Source: Hyphomonadaceae bacterium
GTDB taxonomy: Bacteria; Pseudomonadota; Alphaproteobacteria; Caulobacterales; Hyphomonadaceae
Direction: 5' to 3'
DNA length: 64,000 nucleotides
NCBI GenBank assembly: GCA_039942135.1
Contig: JBDVDE010000015.1
Coordinates: 16,779-80,778 of the forward strand
Part shown: positions 48,777 to 58,671 of the stretch, in pieces
Position numbering within the stretch: position 1 is the stretch's first letter
Layout: every line of letters starts with the position of its first letter
The notes under the pieces: generated by a model
Told to the model about the DNA's origin: nothing
Databases searched by the model: none
The model's input: the letters and a program-made list of their open reading frames with translations, nothing else
Made by a program: the position numbers and the translations under genes

Positions 48777-50264
48777 TTATTTCTGCTTTTGAGCAAGCCA
48801 TTGCGTCAGTGCCTCAACCTCTTCGCTCGTCATATGAAGACCGAGTTTGCTGCGCCGCAAAAGAACATCATCCGCAGATTTTGCGAACTCATTCGCCAGC
48901 AAATAATTGACCTCGACCTCATAGAGTCCGCCTCCAAAAGATTTACCGAGACCATCAGGGTTTTGCGCCTGACCAATGATCTCGTCCATACGGGTGCCAT
49001 AGGCGCGCGCCAAGCGGGCCAGCAATGTTTTTGGAAATGCCGAATACTGCGCCACTTTAGTTGCAAGGAACTCGTCGAAATCGGCATTCGGGATATCGCC
49101 TCCCGGAAAAGGTGCGTCCTTGGTCCACGGGTCAGCCAGCCCCCCTAGGGCGTCGGAAAGTATCTTCAGCACACCTTCTGACAGCTTGCGGAAGGTCGTT
49201 ATCTTACCGCCATAGACCGACAAGATCGGTGCGCCATTGGTCTTGTTGTAGGCGAGCACATAATCGCGCGTCACCTCAGAGGCATCCTCGCTATGGTCAT
49301 CATAAAGTGGGCGTACACCAGAATAAGTCGACGTCACATCTTCAGGCGTTATCGGTTGCAAGAAATATTCGCTGACGGCTGCGCAAAGATAGTCGATCTC
49401 TTCAGGAGAGATTTTCACATGATCATTGTCAGCCGCAAAAGGCACATCGGTCGTTCCGATAAGCGTTGAGGTGCCCGACTCGTACGGAATGGCGAAAATG
49501 ATCCGCCCATCACCGTTCTGGAAGAAGTAGGCATGATCGCCCTCAAACAATTTGCGGGTGACAATATGCGAGCCTTTAACAAGCCTTACACGCCCGCTAT
49601 TGACCCGCTTTTTGACGGCAATCTCGGCGACATCATCAACCCACGGTCCCGCTGCATTGACGACTGTCCTTGCCTCGACCGTGATATCCCCGTCCTCGGT
49701 GCGTAATACGGCGCTCCAATGGTCATCGTGGCGAGTTAGCTCGACACACTCGCTGCGCGTCATAATCTTGGCACCGCGCTCTTGTGCGTCGACCGCATTT
49801 AGAACAACCAGTCGCGCATCATCAACCCAACAATCGGAATATTCGAAAGCCTTCTTAAACTCCGGTTTCAGAGCGTCGAATTTGCTGCTTTTTGCCCGTT
49901 TCAGGACTTCCGTTGGCGGTAATATTTTCCGCCCGCCCATATAATCATAGATAAACAGTCCAATGCGGACGAGCCATGCCGGTCGCTGATCCTTTTGATG
50001 GGGAAGAACAAACCGCATCGGCCATATAATATGCGGAGCAGCTTTTAGGAGCACTTCACGCTCGGCCAAGGCCTTGCGAACGAGGGCAAAATCATAGTGC
50101 TCGAGGTAGCGCAGACCGCCATGAATGAGCTTGGTCGAGGATGAAGACGTGTGGGAGGCAAGGTCATCTTTCTCGCACAAAAGCACTTTAAGACCGCGGC
50201 CCGCCGCATCGCGCGCAATTCCTGCCCCGTTTATCCCACCGCCAATAATCAAAATATCGTACAT
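48777..50264 (-). CDS. glpD: Glycerol-3-phosphate dehydrogenase (FAD-dependent)
   Basis: It has the FAD motif YDILIIGGGINGAGIARD. The ATG at 50264 is preceded by AGAGG at suitable spacing. Confidence 0.9.
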   Translation of the reverse strand: MYDILIIGGGINGAGIARDAAGRGLKVLLCEKDDLASHTSSSSTKLIHGGLRYLEHYDFALVRKALAEREVLLKAAPHIIWPMRFVLPHQKDQRPAWLVRIGLFIYDYMGGRKILPPTEVLKRAKSSKFDALKPEFKKAFEYSDCWVDDARLVVLNAVDAQERGAKIMTRSECVELTRHDDHWSAVLRTEDGDITVEARTVVNAAGPWVDDVAEIAVKKRVNSGRVRLVKGSHIVTRKLFEGDHAYFFQNGDGRIIFAIPYESGTSTLIGTTDVPFAADNDHVKISPEEIDYLCAAVSEYFLQPITPEDVTSTYSGVRPLYDDHSEDASEVTRDYVLAYNKTNGAPILSVYGGKITTFRKLSEGVLKILSDALGGLADPWTKDAPFPGGDIPNADFDEFLATKVAQYSAFPKTLLARLARAYGTRMDEIIGQAQNPDGLGKSFGGGLYEVEVNYLLANEFAKSADDVLLRRSKLGLHMTSEEVEALTQWLAQKQK

Positions 50265-50485
50265 ATTACCTCTGAACATTATATGCGCATTCTACGGCGA
50301 CAGTTGAATCGACATGATCACCGAAAAGTCTCGCACCATAGGCCGACAACACTAGCCTAAAACAAGGCTTCCGGCCAAACAGGCCAACTTGCAAGGGCTT
50401 ATGAGAGCCCCAAATTGAATGCAAGCGAATTTCCTTTTTAGAATAAGGGCTTGTGTTCGCGCGCCGGATCGCTAAACCCGCCGCT

Positions 50486-52441
50486 ATGTTAACAATATCC
50501 AATCTTGATTTTCGCGTAGAGGCACGCCCCCTCTTTGAAGCTGCATCGGCTCAGGTTTCTTCTGGGTGGAAGGTCGGACTCGTCGGACGTAACGGGACTG
50601 GAAAATCAACTTTGCTGCGGCTGATCCGCGAAGACGTCGAACGGCCCAATAGCGATAGCGCCATCAAATTAAGCCAAGGGGCAAAACTCGGCTGGGTCGC
50701 TCAGGAAGTCGCCCCGACAGACGAGACAATCCTCGACGTCGTCCTAAAAGCCGATGACGAGCGCCATGCGCTTATGCTTGAAGCCGATACAGCGACCGAC
50801 CCAATGCGGATTGCGGACATTCACACAAGGCTTATCGACATTGATGCGTGGTCCGCAGAAGCCCGAGCTGCCGAAGTACTCATGGGGTTAGGGTTCACCA
50901 ATGCTGATCTCAGCCGGGCAACGAGCGAGTTTTCGGGTGGATGGAGAATGCGTGCTGCAATAGCAGGTGTTCTGTTCTCGCAACCAGATCTTCTATTGCT
51001 TGACGAGCCAACCAACTATCTCGACCTTGAAGGCGCAGCTTGGCTGGAAGGCTATCTAAAGAAATACCCGCATACGGTTATAATCGTGTCGCATGATCGC
51101 GAGCTTCTAAACCGCTGTGTCACACACACTATGGCACTTGAGCACCGCAAGCTTTCGATTTGCCCCGGAGGATATGATGCGTGGCTGAAGCTCCGTGCTG
51201 CAAAGACCGCCCAACTCGAAAGCCAACGAGCAAAGCAAGAAGCCAATAAAGCCCACTTGCAAGCCTTTGTAGATCGTTTCCGCGCCAAAGCATCAAAAGC
51301 CCGCCAAGCTCAATCGCGTGTCAAAATGCTCGAGAGGATGCAAGATATCTCGATTCCGATTGAAGAGCGCACAACCCCATTTAACTTCCCCGCACCAGAG
51401 GAGCAGCTCGCCCCACCGATGTTGGAGCTGCAAGGCGCGAGCCTTGGTTATGGCCAAGACGCTCTTATTCTCGACAGTGTTGATCTGCGACTTGATCCGG
51501 ATGATCGCATCGCAATTGTCGGCACCAATGGGCAAGGCAAAACAACCTTGGTCAAATCCATCGCGCAGCGCCTCCCGCTCATGGATGGCAAACGAATTGT
51601 CCCCAAGGCCATCCGCATCGGTTATTTCTCGCAAGACCAAATGGATGAACTTACCCTAGGCGAAACCGTCCTTGATCATGTGCGCCATGCATTGCCCAAA
51701 GAGACGCCAGTCTCGCGGCAGCGGGCAATTGCCTCGGCAATGGGTTTCTCACATGAAAAAGTCGAGACCAAGGTCGACAAGCTGTCGGGCGGCGAAAAAG
51801 TGCGACTATTGCTCGGACTGATGTCGCTTGAAAAACCGCATGTCCTAATCCTAGATGAGCCTACCTCACACCTAGATATCGATAGCCGCGAGGCATTGAT
51901 CTATGCCCTCAACGATTTCAAGGGCGCAGTCTTGCTGATTACACACGATGTCTATCTCGCAGAAGCGACGGCCGACCAACTCTGGCTCGTCAAAGATGGT
52001 CGAGCAGTCCGTTATGATGGCGACCTACAAGACTATCGCGCACTCGTCTTGCAAGCGGATCGCGACGGCCCAGCTAAGCCCGCGGGCACCGCCAATAAGA
52101 AATCAAAGAAGAAGCAAAACAAAGCGAAACCGAGCAACGAGACGCCTGTCCCCCAACCTCAAAAAACCGATAAGGCCGAAGCACGCCGCCGCGCATCCGA
52201 CGCCCGCAAGGCTGCAGCGCCTCTCAAAAAGAAGGCGGATGATGCAGAACGCAGGCTGAGCAAAGCTAGCTTGCGCATCGAGGAAATCGACGCCGACCTT
52301 GCCTTACCAGATCAAGATGTGGAGACGCTACAGGACTTGATGCGGGATAGAGCTGCACTCGTCGCTGATGTGGCGCAGGCCGAAGAAGACTGGCTTGCAG
52401 CGAGCGAAGCTTATGAAAAGGCCGTTGCCGAGCCGACTTGA
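50486..52441 (+). CDS. ABC-F family ATPase (two NBDs, no TMD) with a long charged C-terminal extension
   Basis: It has two Walker A motifs (GRNGTGKST, GTNGQGKTT), two signature motifs (FSGGWRMR, LSGGEKVR) and a Lys/Ala-rich tail. The ATG at 50486 is preferred over the GTG at 50453. Confidence 0.9.
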   Translation: MLTISNLDFRVEARPLFEAASAQVSSGWKVGLVGRNGTGKSTLLRLIREDVERPNSDSAIKLSQGAKLGWVAQEVAPTDETILDVVLKADDERHALMLEADTATDPMRIADIHTRLIDIDAWSAEARAAEVLMGLGFTNADLSRATSEFSGGWRMRAAIAGVLFSQPDLLLLDEPTNYLDLEGAAWLEGYLKKYPHTVIIVSHDRELLNRCVTHTMALEHRKLSICPGGYDAWLKLRAAKTAQLESQRAKQEANKAHLQAFVDRFRAKASKARQAQSRVKMLERMQDISIPIEERTTPFNFPAPEEQLAPPMLELQGASLGYGQDALILDSVDLRLDPDDRIAIVGTNGQGKTTLVKSIAQRLPLMDGKRIVPKAIRIGYFSQDQMDELTLGETVLDHVRHALPKETPVSRQRAIASAMGFSHEKVETKVDKLSGGEKVRLLLGLMSLEKPHVLILDEPTSHLDIDSREALIYALNDFKGAVLLITHDVYLAEATADQLWLVKDGRAVRYDGDLQDYRALVLQADRDGPAKPAGTANKKSKKKQNKAKPSNETPVPQPQKTDKAEARRRASDARKAAAPLKKKADDAERRLSKASLRIEEIDADLALPDQDVETLQDLMRDRAALVADVAQAEEDWLAASEAYEKAVAEPT

Positions 52442-53397
52442 TAGTCGCCCGTAGCCAGCGCCATCCCAAGCGAAAAGCCGGGTGTCTCGTCTTTGAGGAA
52501 CCGAATGAGTGTGCGATCAGCTGATGTGATGGTGTTCCCCCACCCCAGTCTATTGATCAACCAGTCCTCGTCTTCATTTTCGGAAATGCCAGTCTGGTCA
52601 GCCAATTGACGTGCAGTTTCATGCGCGAGTTTAGCGGTGGAACCTGATGGTGCAAAACCCTCGAACCAATTTCCGCTATCCGCCGACTGTATGCCGAGCA
52701 AATACATACCGCCAAGTTCGGCCTCATCTGGTGCCACGAGCCATTTGGTTCTGTCGAGGGCTTCGGCCATGATCTCTGGATCTGGATGAGCGCGTGCCAT
52801 GAGGTGATTGGCCATAGACCTAGAATAGAGATGGTTCCAGCTTTCATCATTGCGGGCAAAGCCTACGCTTTCATTGATCCTGAGCAGACCTTGCGCTTCC
52901 CATTGCGTTATCCAGGCGATCTCTCTGTCAGCTCCGGCCAGAAGCAAAGCCCGCAGGCGTTCGACAAGGTCGCGCCCCACCCGCCCGTTTCTGATCGAAA
53001 TATCGATTATGGCGGCAAAAGCACACTTGACCACGCCAAGCGGGTCTCCCTCGGCATGAGGAAGCAGATCGAGCAATAGATCGGCTTCATTTAGCTTTAC
53101 GCTATCAGAGTATGGAGCAATCTGGCCGATTAGCCACGCGCATTCGTGTTCATCCATCCAGCCAATTGGAGCTTCGGCAGTCAGCAAATAGTCTTTCAAC
53201 ACGGTCCGAAACCGCAAATCCCAATCTGGAAAAGCTTCGTCCAATTGCCGATTAATGGCAAAGACTGCTTCCGCTTCAGACTTTGATACGATCCCGTCTT
53301 CGGACACTTCATCAAGTAAAGCACGTGCCTCGTTTTCAGACACTTTACCAAGGTCACCCACCTTCATGAGCAAGCTGTGTTGATCCGATTTGTCCAT
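52411..53397 (-). CDS. Hypothetical acidic cytoplasmic protein
   Basis: 328-aa ORF with no TM helix or signal peptide and no motif I recognise. Its 3' end overlaps the convergent ABC-F gene by 31 nt. Confidence 0.45.
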   Translation of the reverse strand: MDKSDQHSLLMKVGDLGKVSENEARALLDEVSEDGIVSKSEAEAVFAINRQLDEAFPDWDLRFRTVLKDYLLTAEAPIGWMDEHECAWLIGQIAPYSDSVKLNEADLLLDLLPHAEGDPLGVVKCAFAAIIDISIRNGRVGRDLVERLRALLLAGADREIAWITQWEAQGLLRINESVGFARNDESWNHLYSRSMANHLMARAHPDPEIMAEALDRTKWLVAPDEAELGGMYLLGIQSADSGNWFEGFAPSGSTAKLAHETARQLADQTGISENEDEDWLINRLGWGNTITSADRTLIRFLKDETPGFSLGMALATGDYQVGSATAFS

Positions 53398-53489
53398 GCG
53401 CTCCGCTCTAAGTGCCAGCTTTGCAACATCCTAACCTAATGAAGGTTTCGGAATGGTTAGTGCAGAACGCAACAGCTTAGCAGAGTGGG

Positions 53490-55022
53490 TTAAAGCGGAA
53501 TATTATCGTGTTTCTTATACGGGTTTGACAGTGACTTGTTACGCAAGGTTCGTAACGATCTCGCTATGCGTCTGCGCGTCGAATGAGGCATGATAATATC
53601 GTCAATATAGCCAAGCTTCGCCGCAACATAAGGATTCGCAAAATTGTCCTCATACTCCTTGGTTTTTTCGGCGATCTTGTCCGCATCCCCTATATCCTTA
53701 CGGAATATAATCTCAACGGCCCCCTTAGCCCCCATGACGGCAATCTCGGCTTTCGGCCATGCATAATTGACATCGCCCCGCAGGTGCTTGGATGACATCA
53801 CGTCATAGGCACCGCCATAAGCTTTGCGTGTAATGACTGTTACTTTCGGTACGGTGGCCTCCGCATAAGCGAAGAGAAGCTTAGCCCCATGCTTGATCAG
53901 GCCGCCATATTCCTGCTTGGTGCCCGGCATAAAGCCCGGAACATCGACGAACGTGACGAGCGGTATGTTGAAACAGTCACAAAAGCGGACAAAACGAGCC
54001 GCTTTTCGGGAACTATCAATGTCGAGTACTCCAGCTAGCGTCATCGGTTGATTGGCAACAAACCCCACAGATGAACCTTCTATCCGGCCAAACCCGCAAA
54101 GAATGTTACCGCCAAAATTGGGGCTAATCTCGAAGAAATCCCCCTCATCGGCGACCTTCTCAATCAGCTCTCGCATATCGTAAGGCTGGTTTGGATTGTC
54201 CGGGATCAGTGTATCGAGCGCCATATCTGTGCGATCCGGATCATCAAAGCTTGAAATTACGGGCACAGGATCGCGATTACTCAGCGGCAAAAAGTCGACA
54301 AGCCTACGCATCTCTGTCAACGCTTCAATGTCATTCTCGAACGCACCATCGGCAACACCCGACTTCGCCGCATGCACTGAAGCACCGCCTAAGCTTTCAT
54401 GACTAACCTCTTCGTTTGTAACAGTTTTTACGACATCCGGCCCTGTCACATACATGTAAGACGTGTCTTTCACCATAAAGATGAAATCGGTAATTGCAGG
54501 CGAATATACGTCGCCCCCTGCGCATGGTCCCATGATGACACTAATCTGTGGAATCACCCCGCTGGCCATGACATTCTGTAGGAAGATATCTGCATATCCC
54601 GCCAGCGATTTGACGCCCTCTTGGATACGCGCTCCGCCGGCATCAAACAGCCCGATTACGGGCGCGCCGGCTTTCATTGCCGCCTGCTGCACTTTGACAA
54701 TTTTTTCCGCATGTGCACCGGATAATGATCCGCCAAAAACAGTAAAATCTTTTGAAAACACAAACACAAGGCGGCCGTTTATCAGGCCGTTTCCAGTCAC
54801 GACACCATCGCCAGGGATGGTTTGGTCGGCCATATCGAAATCATGGCAGGTATGTTCAACAAACATATCCCATTCTTCAAACGACCCCGGATCAAGCAAA
54901 ACTTCGATACGCTCGCGCGCCGTCAGTTTACCCTTGGTATGCTGACGTGCAGCGCGCTTTTCACCGCCGCCTGCCCGTGCACGTTCCCGTCTTGATTCGA
55001 GTGCTTCTAGAATGTCGCGCAT
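53490..55022 (-). CDS. pccB: Acyl-CoA carboxylase carboxyltransferase (beta) subunit, propionyl-CoA carboxylase-like
   Basis: 510 aa. The N-terminus ([30 protein letters not shown]) and carboxyltransferase domain patterns ([20 protein letters not shown]) match this family. Confidence 0.88.
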   Translation of the reverse strand: MRDILEALESRRERARAGGGEKRAARQHTKGKLTARERIEVLLDPGSFEEWDMFVEHTCHDFDMADQTIPGDGVVTGNGLINGRLVFVFSKDFTVFGGSLSGAHAEKIVKVQQAAMKAGAPVIGLFDAGGARIQEGVKSLAGYADIFLQNVMASGVIPQISVIMGPCAGGDVYSPAITDFIFMVKDTSYMYVTGPDVVKTVTNEEVSHESLGGASVHAAKSGVADGAFENDIEALTEMRRLVDFLPLSNRDPVPVISSFDDPDRTDMALDTLIPDNPNQPYDMRELIEKVADEGDFFEISPNFGGNILCGFGRIEGSSVGFVANQPMTLAGVLDIDSSRKAARFVRFCDCFNIPLVTFVDVPGFMPGTKQEYGGLIKHGAKLLFAYAEATVPKVTVITRKAYGGAYDVMSSKHLRGDVNYAWPKAEIAVMGAKGAVEIIFRKDIGDADKIAEKTKEYEDNFANPYVAAKLGYIDDIIMPHSTRRRIARSLRTLRNKSLSNPYKKHDNIPL

Positions 55023-55118
55023 AATGCCCCGCCAAGTTACAAATTAGTGTGTCTTTTGATATAGCTCTGAGCGGTCAAAGCAAGTGTAGACGGAGTTTTA
55101 AAAGCCCGAATTCCCCTA

Positions 55119-55152
55119 ACAAAAATGGCGCGCCTCCCGAAAGAGACGCGCC
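55119..55152 (-). terminator. Rho-independent terminator after the secreted-protein gene
   Basis: The minus strand reads GGCGCGTCTCTTTCGGGAGGCGCGCC followed by ATTTTTG. Confidence 0.6.
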
Positions 55153-55174
55153 AAGTTTCTACTCTACACTAAGT

Positions 55175-55741
55175 CTATCTATGGCTCCCGAAGGAAATGC
55201 CAAAGCTACCAAACGATGCCCTACGTTGCCGAACACGATTACGTGCAAAGTTGGCTGGGGTCAGGGAGCTTGCGCCACGGATGCTGCCGCGCCGTATACC
55301 GCACTCATAGTGTTGGATCGAATAACGGTACCCGTCAAAAAGTTTGGCTGTACCTTTGACGATGAAACGGTTTTGTCCGGTTTGCTCGACATAAGGCGTT
55401 ACTTTGAAACCAGCATCCACGAAACCATACCTATGACCATCCAGTTCAAGCTGGCTAGCACATGTGTGGGCAGCGTTGCTCGACAGTATATTGGCTTCCC
55501 GCAGGGTCTGGCCGTATATGTTCAGCACTGGAGCCTTACGGTTGCGTGTAACGTTACGACGGCTCCCTTGGTTTTGAAATCCGCTATGATTGTTCACGAC
55601 AGCTTGTCCACCTCGGAGCTGATCTGCGGACACACCGCGATCGAGTCTTCCACCATTCTGGGCGGTGGCAGTTGGGGCGAGGAGGGCGGACGCAGCCAAT
55701 GCAACGGCCGCAACTCCAGTTTTCATGATACGATTTATCAT
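55175..55741 (-). CDS. Hypothetical secreted protein
   Basis: It has a signal peptide (MINRIMKTGVAAVALAASALLAPTATAQ) and its own terminator. The start is ambiguous (55762 TTG, 55741 ATG or 55726 ATG). Confidence 0.5.
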   Translation of the reverse strand: MINRIMKTGVAAVALAASALLAPTATAQNGGRLDRGVSADQLRGGQAVVNNHSGFQNQGSRRNVTRNRKAPVLNIYGQTLREANILSSNAAHTCASQLELDGHRYGFVDAGFKVTPYVEQTGQNRFIVKGTAKLFDGYRYSIQHYECGIRRGSIRGASSLTPANFARNRVRQRRASFGSFGISFGSHR

Positions 55742-55839
55742 AGGTCCACTATTGCAGCCCAATCCGCAACCTTGCCTGAGCGGCTTGATGCCTCTCGTTC
55801 AGAAAGTGAATTATCACTCACTATATACATCAAGATGCC

Positions 55840-55860
55840 TGTAAAATATACATTTTTACA
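55840..55860. promoter_or_regulatory. AT-rich inverted repeat upstream of the secreted-protein gene
   Basis: TGTAAAA-TATACAT-TTTTACA, a 7-bp perfect inverted repeat between the ATP12 stop and the next gene start. Confidence 0.3.
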
Positions 55861-55871
55861 TGGATAAAGTT

Positions 55872-56567
55872 TCACAAAAGAGTTTCGAACAGAGTCCCAA
55901 GCGCCTGTGCTTGCGCCCGATTATTGTTTAAACGAGCAAGGTTTTCATCATCCTCGCCCCATTTTTCACTCTGATATAACTCGTCAACGATGGAGCGCTC
56001 ATAAGCATTGTTTGCGTCGATATAGCCTTCACAAACCGCCATAGCCAAAAGTGCAGAGCCGAATAGCCCAAGTCCGAAATTCAACCCAGTGAGCTGAACA
56101 TCGTTCAATCCATCAGCATAACCCCTAGCAGCCTGCAGCGACGCCGGTGGTTGCGGCGCAGCCAGCAAACCATCGGGGACTTCCATTAAAACGACATCAA
56201 GCGATTTGCCCGCCCATTCGCGGATCGGTCGCCATTGGTCGATCTGGACAGATCGCAGATCTTCTGGCGTTTCAGCCAAAAAGCATAATAGGTCCGTTTC
56301 GCAGTATTTTACGACCTCATCGACCATGCCTTCGCGCTGCGCAGGCGTTCGATCTATCGCAACATTGATGAGGCGCGTGAGATGCATGCTCTGAATATCG
56401 ACCGTATCGCCCTGCGAAGACCATTCGGATGCCACAGCCTCCGCCATCTGTTTTGTCGGAGCGCAAAGCTCGGCCTTGGCAGGTGTTTTAATCACTCTCC
56501 CATCGAGGAGAATGCGCCATGCGTCACCCCCCTGCTCCACGCTGACTTGCTTGTAGAACCGTTTCAT
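55872..56567 (-). CDS. ATP12 family F1-ATPase assembly chaperone
   Basis: MKRFYKQVSVEQGGDAWRILLDGRVIKTPAK... is the typical ATP12 N-terminus. The ATG at 56567 lies just after the stop of the HAD gene. Confidence 0.8.
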   Translation of the reverse strand: MKRFYKQVSVEQGGDAWRILLDGRVIKTPAKAELCAPTKQMAEAVASEWSSQGDTVDIQSMHLTRLINVAIDRTPAQREGMVDEVVKYCETDLLCFLAETPEDLRSVQIDQWRPIREWAGKSLDVVLMEVPDGLLAAPQPPASLQAARGYADGLNDVQLTGLNFGLGLFGSALLAMAVCEGYIDANNAYERSIVDELYQSEKWGEDDENLARLNNNRAQAQALGTLFETLL

Positions 56568-56571
56568 AGAG

Positions 56572-57258
56572 TTAGGCCCCTTGCCGTTCAGGGCAGAAGC
56601 TGGCGAGTTCTGCATTGAGACTATCGAACCCGTGATGGATACTATGTGCCCCTGCAGCCTCCAATTCATCCGAGCGGCCAAACCCCCAACTCACGCCCAA
56701 TGTATGCACATTGGCTGCACGGCCCATGAGAATATCGAATGTGGCATCGCCGACCATCACGCTCTCTTCGCACTCTGCGCCAACCGCCTTCATCGCCTCT
56801 TCAACCATAAACGGACTGGGCTTTCCCGGTCCATCATCCGCGCTCCAAGTTGTGTCGAAGAAATCAGATAACCCGGGATGCATCTCGCAAATCGCATCAA
56901 TACCCCTGCGGGCACGCCCCGTCGCAATGGCTTGGAGCCAGCCATCATCACGCCTCGCTTGCAGTGCCGCGAAAGCACCATCATAGAGCGGTTCGACAAA
57001 ATCCACCTCAGTACGCCGCTGAACAAAGACCTGTTTATAAGTCTCGACCAAAGCCGGAAGTCTAGCGATCTCGAACCCCTCGGGGATAAGTTGCGCACAC
57101 GCTTCCGTCAGACCAAGGCCCACTGTTTTGCGGGTCTGCTCGTAGTTCGGCGGAGCCAAATCATGGTGCTCAAAGGCACGGACCATCGCGGTTTGGATAA
57201 CTTCGCGGCTATCGACCAACGTGCCATCCATATCCCATATTACAAGTTTCAGTGTCAT
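56572..57258 (-). CDS. HAD-superfamily hydrolase (phosphoglycolate-phosphatase-like)
   Basis: It has HAD motif I (VIWDMDGTLVDS) and motif IV (VMVGDATFDILMG). Confidence 0.85.
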   Translation of the reverse strand: MTLKLVIWDMDGTLVDSREVIQTAMVRAFEHHDLAPPNYEQTRKTVGLGLTEACAQLIPEGFEIARLPALVETYKQVFVQRRTEVDFVEPLYDGAFAALQARRDDGWLQAIATGRARRGIDAICEMHPGLSDFFDTTWSADDGPGKPSPFMVEEAMKAVGAECEESVMVGDATFDILMGRAANVHTLGVSWGFGRSDELEAAGAHSIHHGFDSLNAELASFCPERQGA

Positions 57259-57268
57259 AGCCGTCCGA

Positions 57269-58282
57269 TCAAAGGAAAGGCCCCAAAGGATCTTTGCCCG
57301 CCTCGCTTTCTAAAAACCCGAAAGTCTCGAACGTCTCTTTCATGTGCCATGGAAGCGGCGCAGTTACGACAATTGGCTTGCCACGCGGCCGCGGAATAAT
57401 GATGGTCCGTGCATGCAAGTGCAAACCGGGTGCGACGCCTTGCGGGACTTCACGTCGTGTGGCGTATTTCTCGTCGCCAAGGATCGCGGTATCGAGTTCA
57501 GACATGTGGAACCGTAGCTGATGAGTGCGGCCCGTTATCGGCTTAAGCGCAACCCATGCCGCTCGCCGCGCCGCAGTCGAGACAACCGCATAGTCGGAGA
57601 TGGCATGCTTGGCGAAATCACGCCCCTGCTTGGCGCGGTACATGCGCTCGCGGTCTTCCATATCCTCCTCGCCGGTTCCTCTGGCCATCCAGCATCGGAC
57701 TTGCCCCGCTGCTGGATGAGGGACTGTCACGGTCACCGCCCAATAGATTTTGTCGAGCGTGCGTCCCCGAAACAATTCGCTAAGCCGCGCCGCTGATGCG
57801 GGATGGCGCGCGATAACCAATACACCCGACGTATCCTTATCCAGCCGATGGACCAGTTTTGGCCTATGTTCGCTGTCCCCACGCAGATAGCCAAGCATAC
57901 CATCAACATGGCGATATGTATTCGTTCCGCCTTGAACGGCAAAGCCTGGCGGCTTGTTGAGCACAAACATGTCATCATCGGTGTAGATCACCATGTCCTG
58001 CATATATTTCTGGTCGCCGCCTGAGAACTTGCCGCCCGGGAAGTTGTCCTTGCCGCTGCCCGAAGGCATTGTGTTGACGTGAGGCGGGAGCCGGACTTGT
58101 TGGCCAGCAGCAACCCGCGTGTTCGATTTGGCTCTTGCCCCATCGACGCGGACTTGCCCCGTGCGCAAGAGCTTTTCCAACTCGCCTTGCGACACAGTCA
58201 TGCGCCGCTTAATCCAGCGATCAAGCCGAGCGCCCGCTTCTTCATGCGTTACAATTTCTGTGCGTACTGATTTACCGCTCAT
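57269..58282 (-). CDS. RluA-family pseudouridine synthase with N-terminal S4 domain (RluC/RluD-like)
   Basis: It has an S4-like N-terminus (RLDRWIKRR...GQVRVDG) and the catalytic motif HRLDKDTSGVLV. Confidence 0.88.
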   Translation of the reverse strand: MSGKSVRTEIVTHEEAGARLDRWIKRRMTVSQGELEKLLRTGQVRVDGARAKSNTRVAAGQQVRLPPHVNTMPSGSGKDNFPGGKFSGGDQKYMQDMVIYTDDDMFVLNKPPGFAVQGGTNTYRHVDGMLGYLRGDSEHRPKLVHRLDKDTSGVLVIARHPASAARLSELFRGRTLDKIYWAVTVTVPHPAAGQVRCWMARGTGEEDMEDRERMYRAKQGRDFAKHAISDYAVVSTAARRAAWVALKPITGRTHQLRFHMSELDTAILGDEKYATRREVPQGVAPGLHLHARTIIIPRPRGKPIVVTAPLPWHMKETFETFGFLESEAGKDPLGPFL

Positions 58283-58662
58283 GAGAAAACTTTCTGTGCC
58301 AAGGCCAAGCCAACAAATAGAGCGCCAACACCAAGGACTACCGATACAAATACATAACCTGCCGCTTGCCCCATATCACCCGCCCGCATCATATTGGCCG
58401 CCTCTAAAGAAAACGCCGAGAATGTGGTGAAACCGCCAAGCAAGCCAGTGCCAATAAGCAAGCGCGCCTGCTCACTGCCCTCGCCCGCTTTGAGTGCCAG
58501 CCAACCAAACAGGACCCCCATGGCAAGCGAACCTATAATATTGACGCAAAACGTTCCCCACGGCCATCCACCGGGTAACAGGCGCACTGCGGCAAGCCCA
58601 ACCCCGTAACGTAGGCTGGCTCCTAAAGCGCCGCCGAGGGCTACAAGGAAAACACCGTTCAT
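58279..58662 (-). CDS. crcB: Fluoride efflux channel CrcB/FEX
   Basis: 127 aa with four TM helices and the GGALGASLRY and GLLGGFTTFSAFS motifs. It overlaps the next gene through ATGA. Confidence 0.9.
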   Translation of the reverse strand: MNGVFLVALGGALGASLRYGVGLAAVRLLPGGWPWGTFCVNIIGSLAMGVLFGWLALKAGEGSEQARLLIGTGLLGGFTTFSAFSLEAANMMRAGDMGQAAGYVFVSVVLGVGALFVGLALAQKVFS

Positions 58663-58671
58663 ACGCGCTCT

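Noticed and set aside
55049-55867. 272-aa plus-strand ORF overlapping the 55175-55762 minus-strand gene
   Set aside because: The minus-strand frame has a clean signal peptide and its own rho-independent terminator. The plus-strand product is Ser/Thr/Cys-rich, has no features, and runs across two intergenic regions.
58663-58671. Fluoride riboswitch upstream of crcB
   Set aside because: Only 9 nt separate crcB from the upstream gene. The roughly 50-nt crcB-motif aptamer cannot fit.
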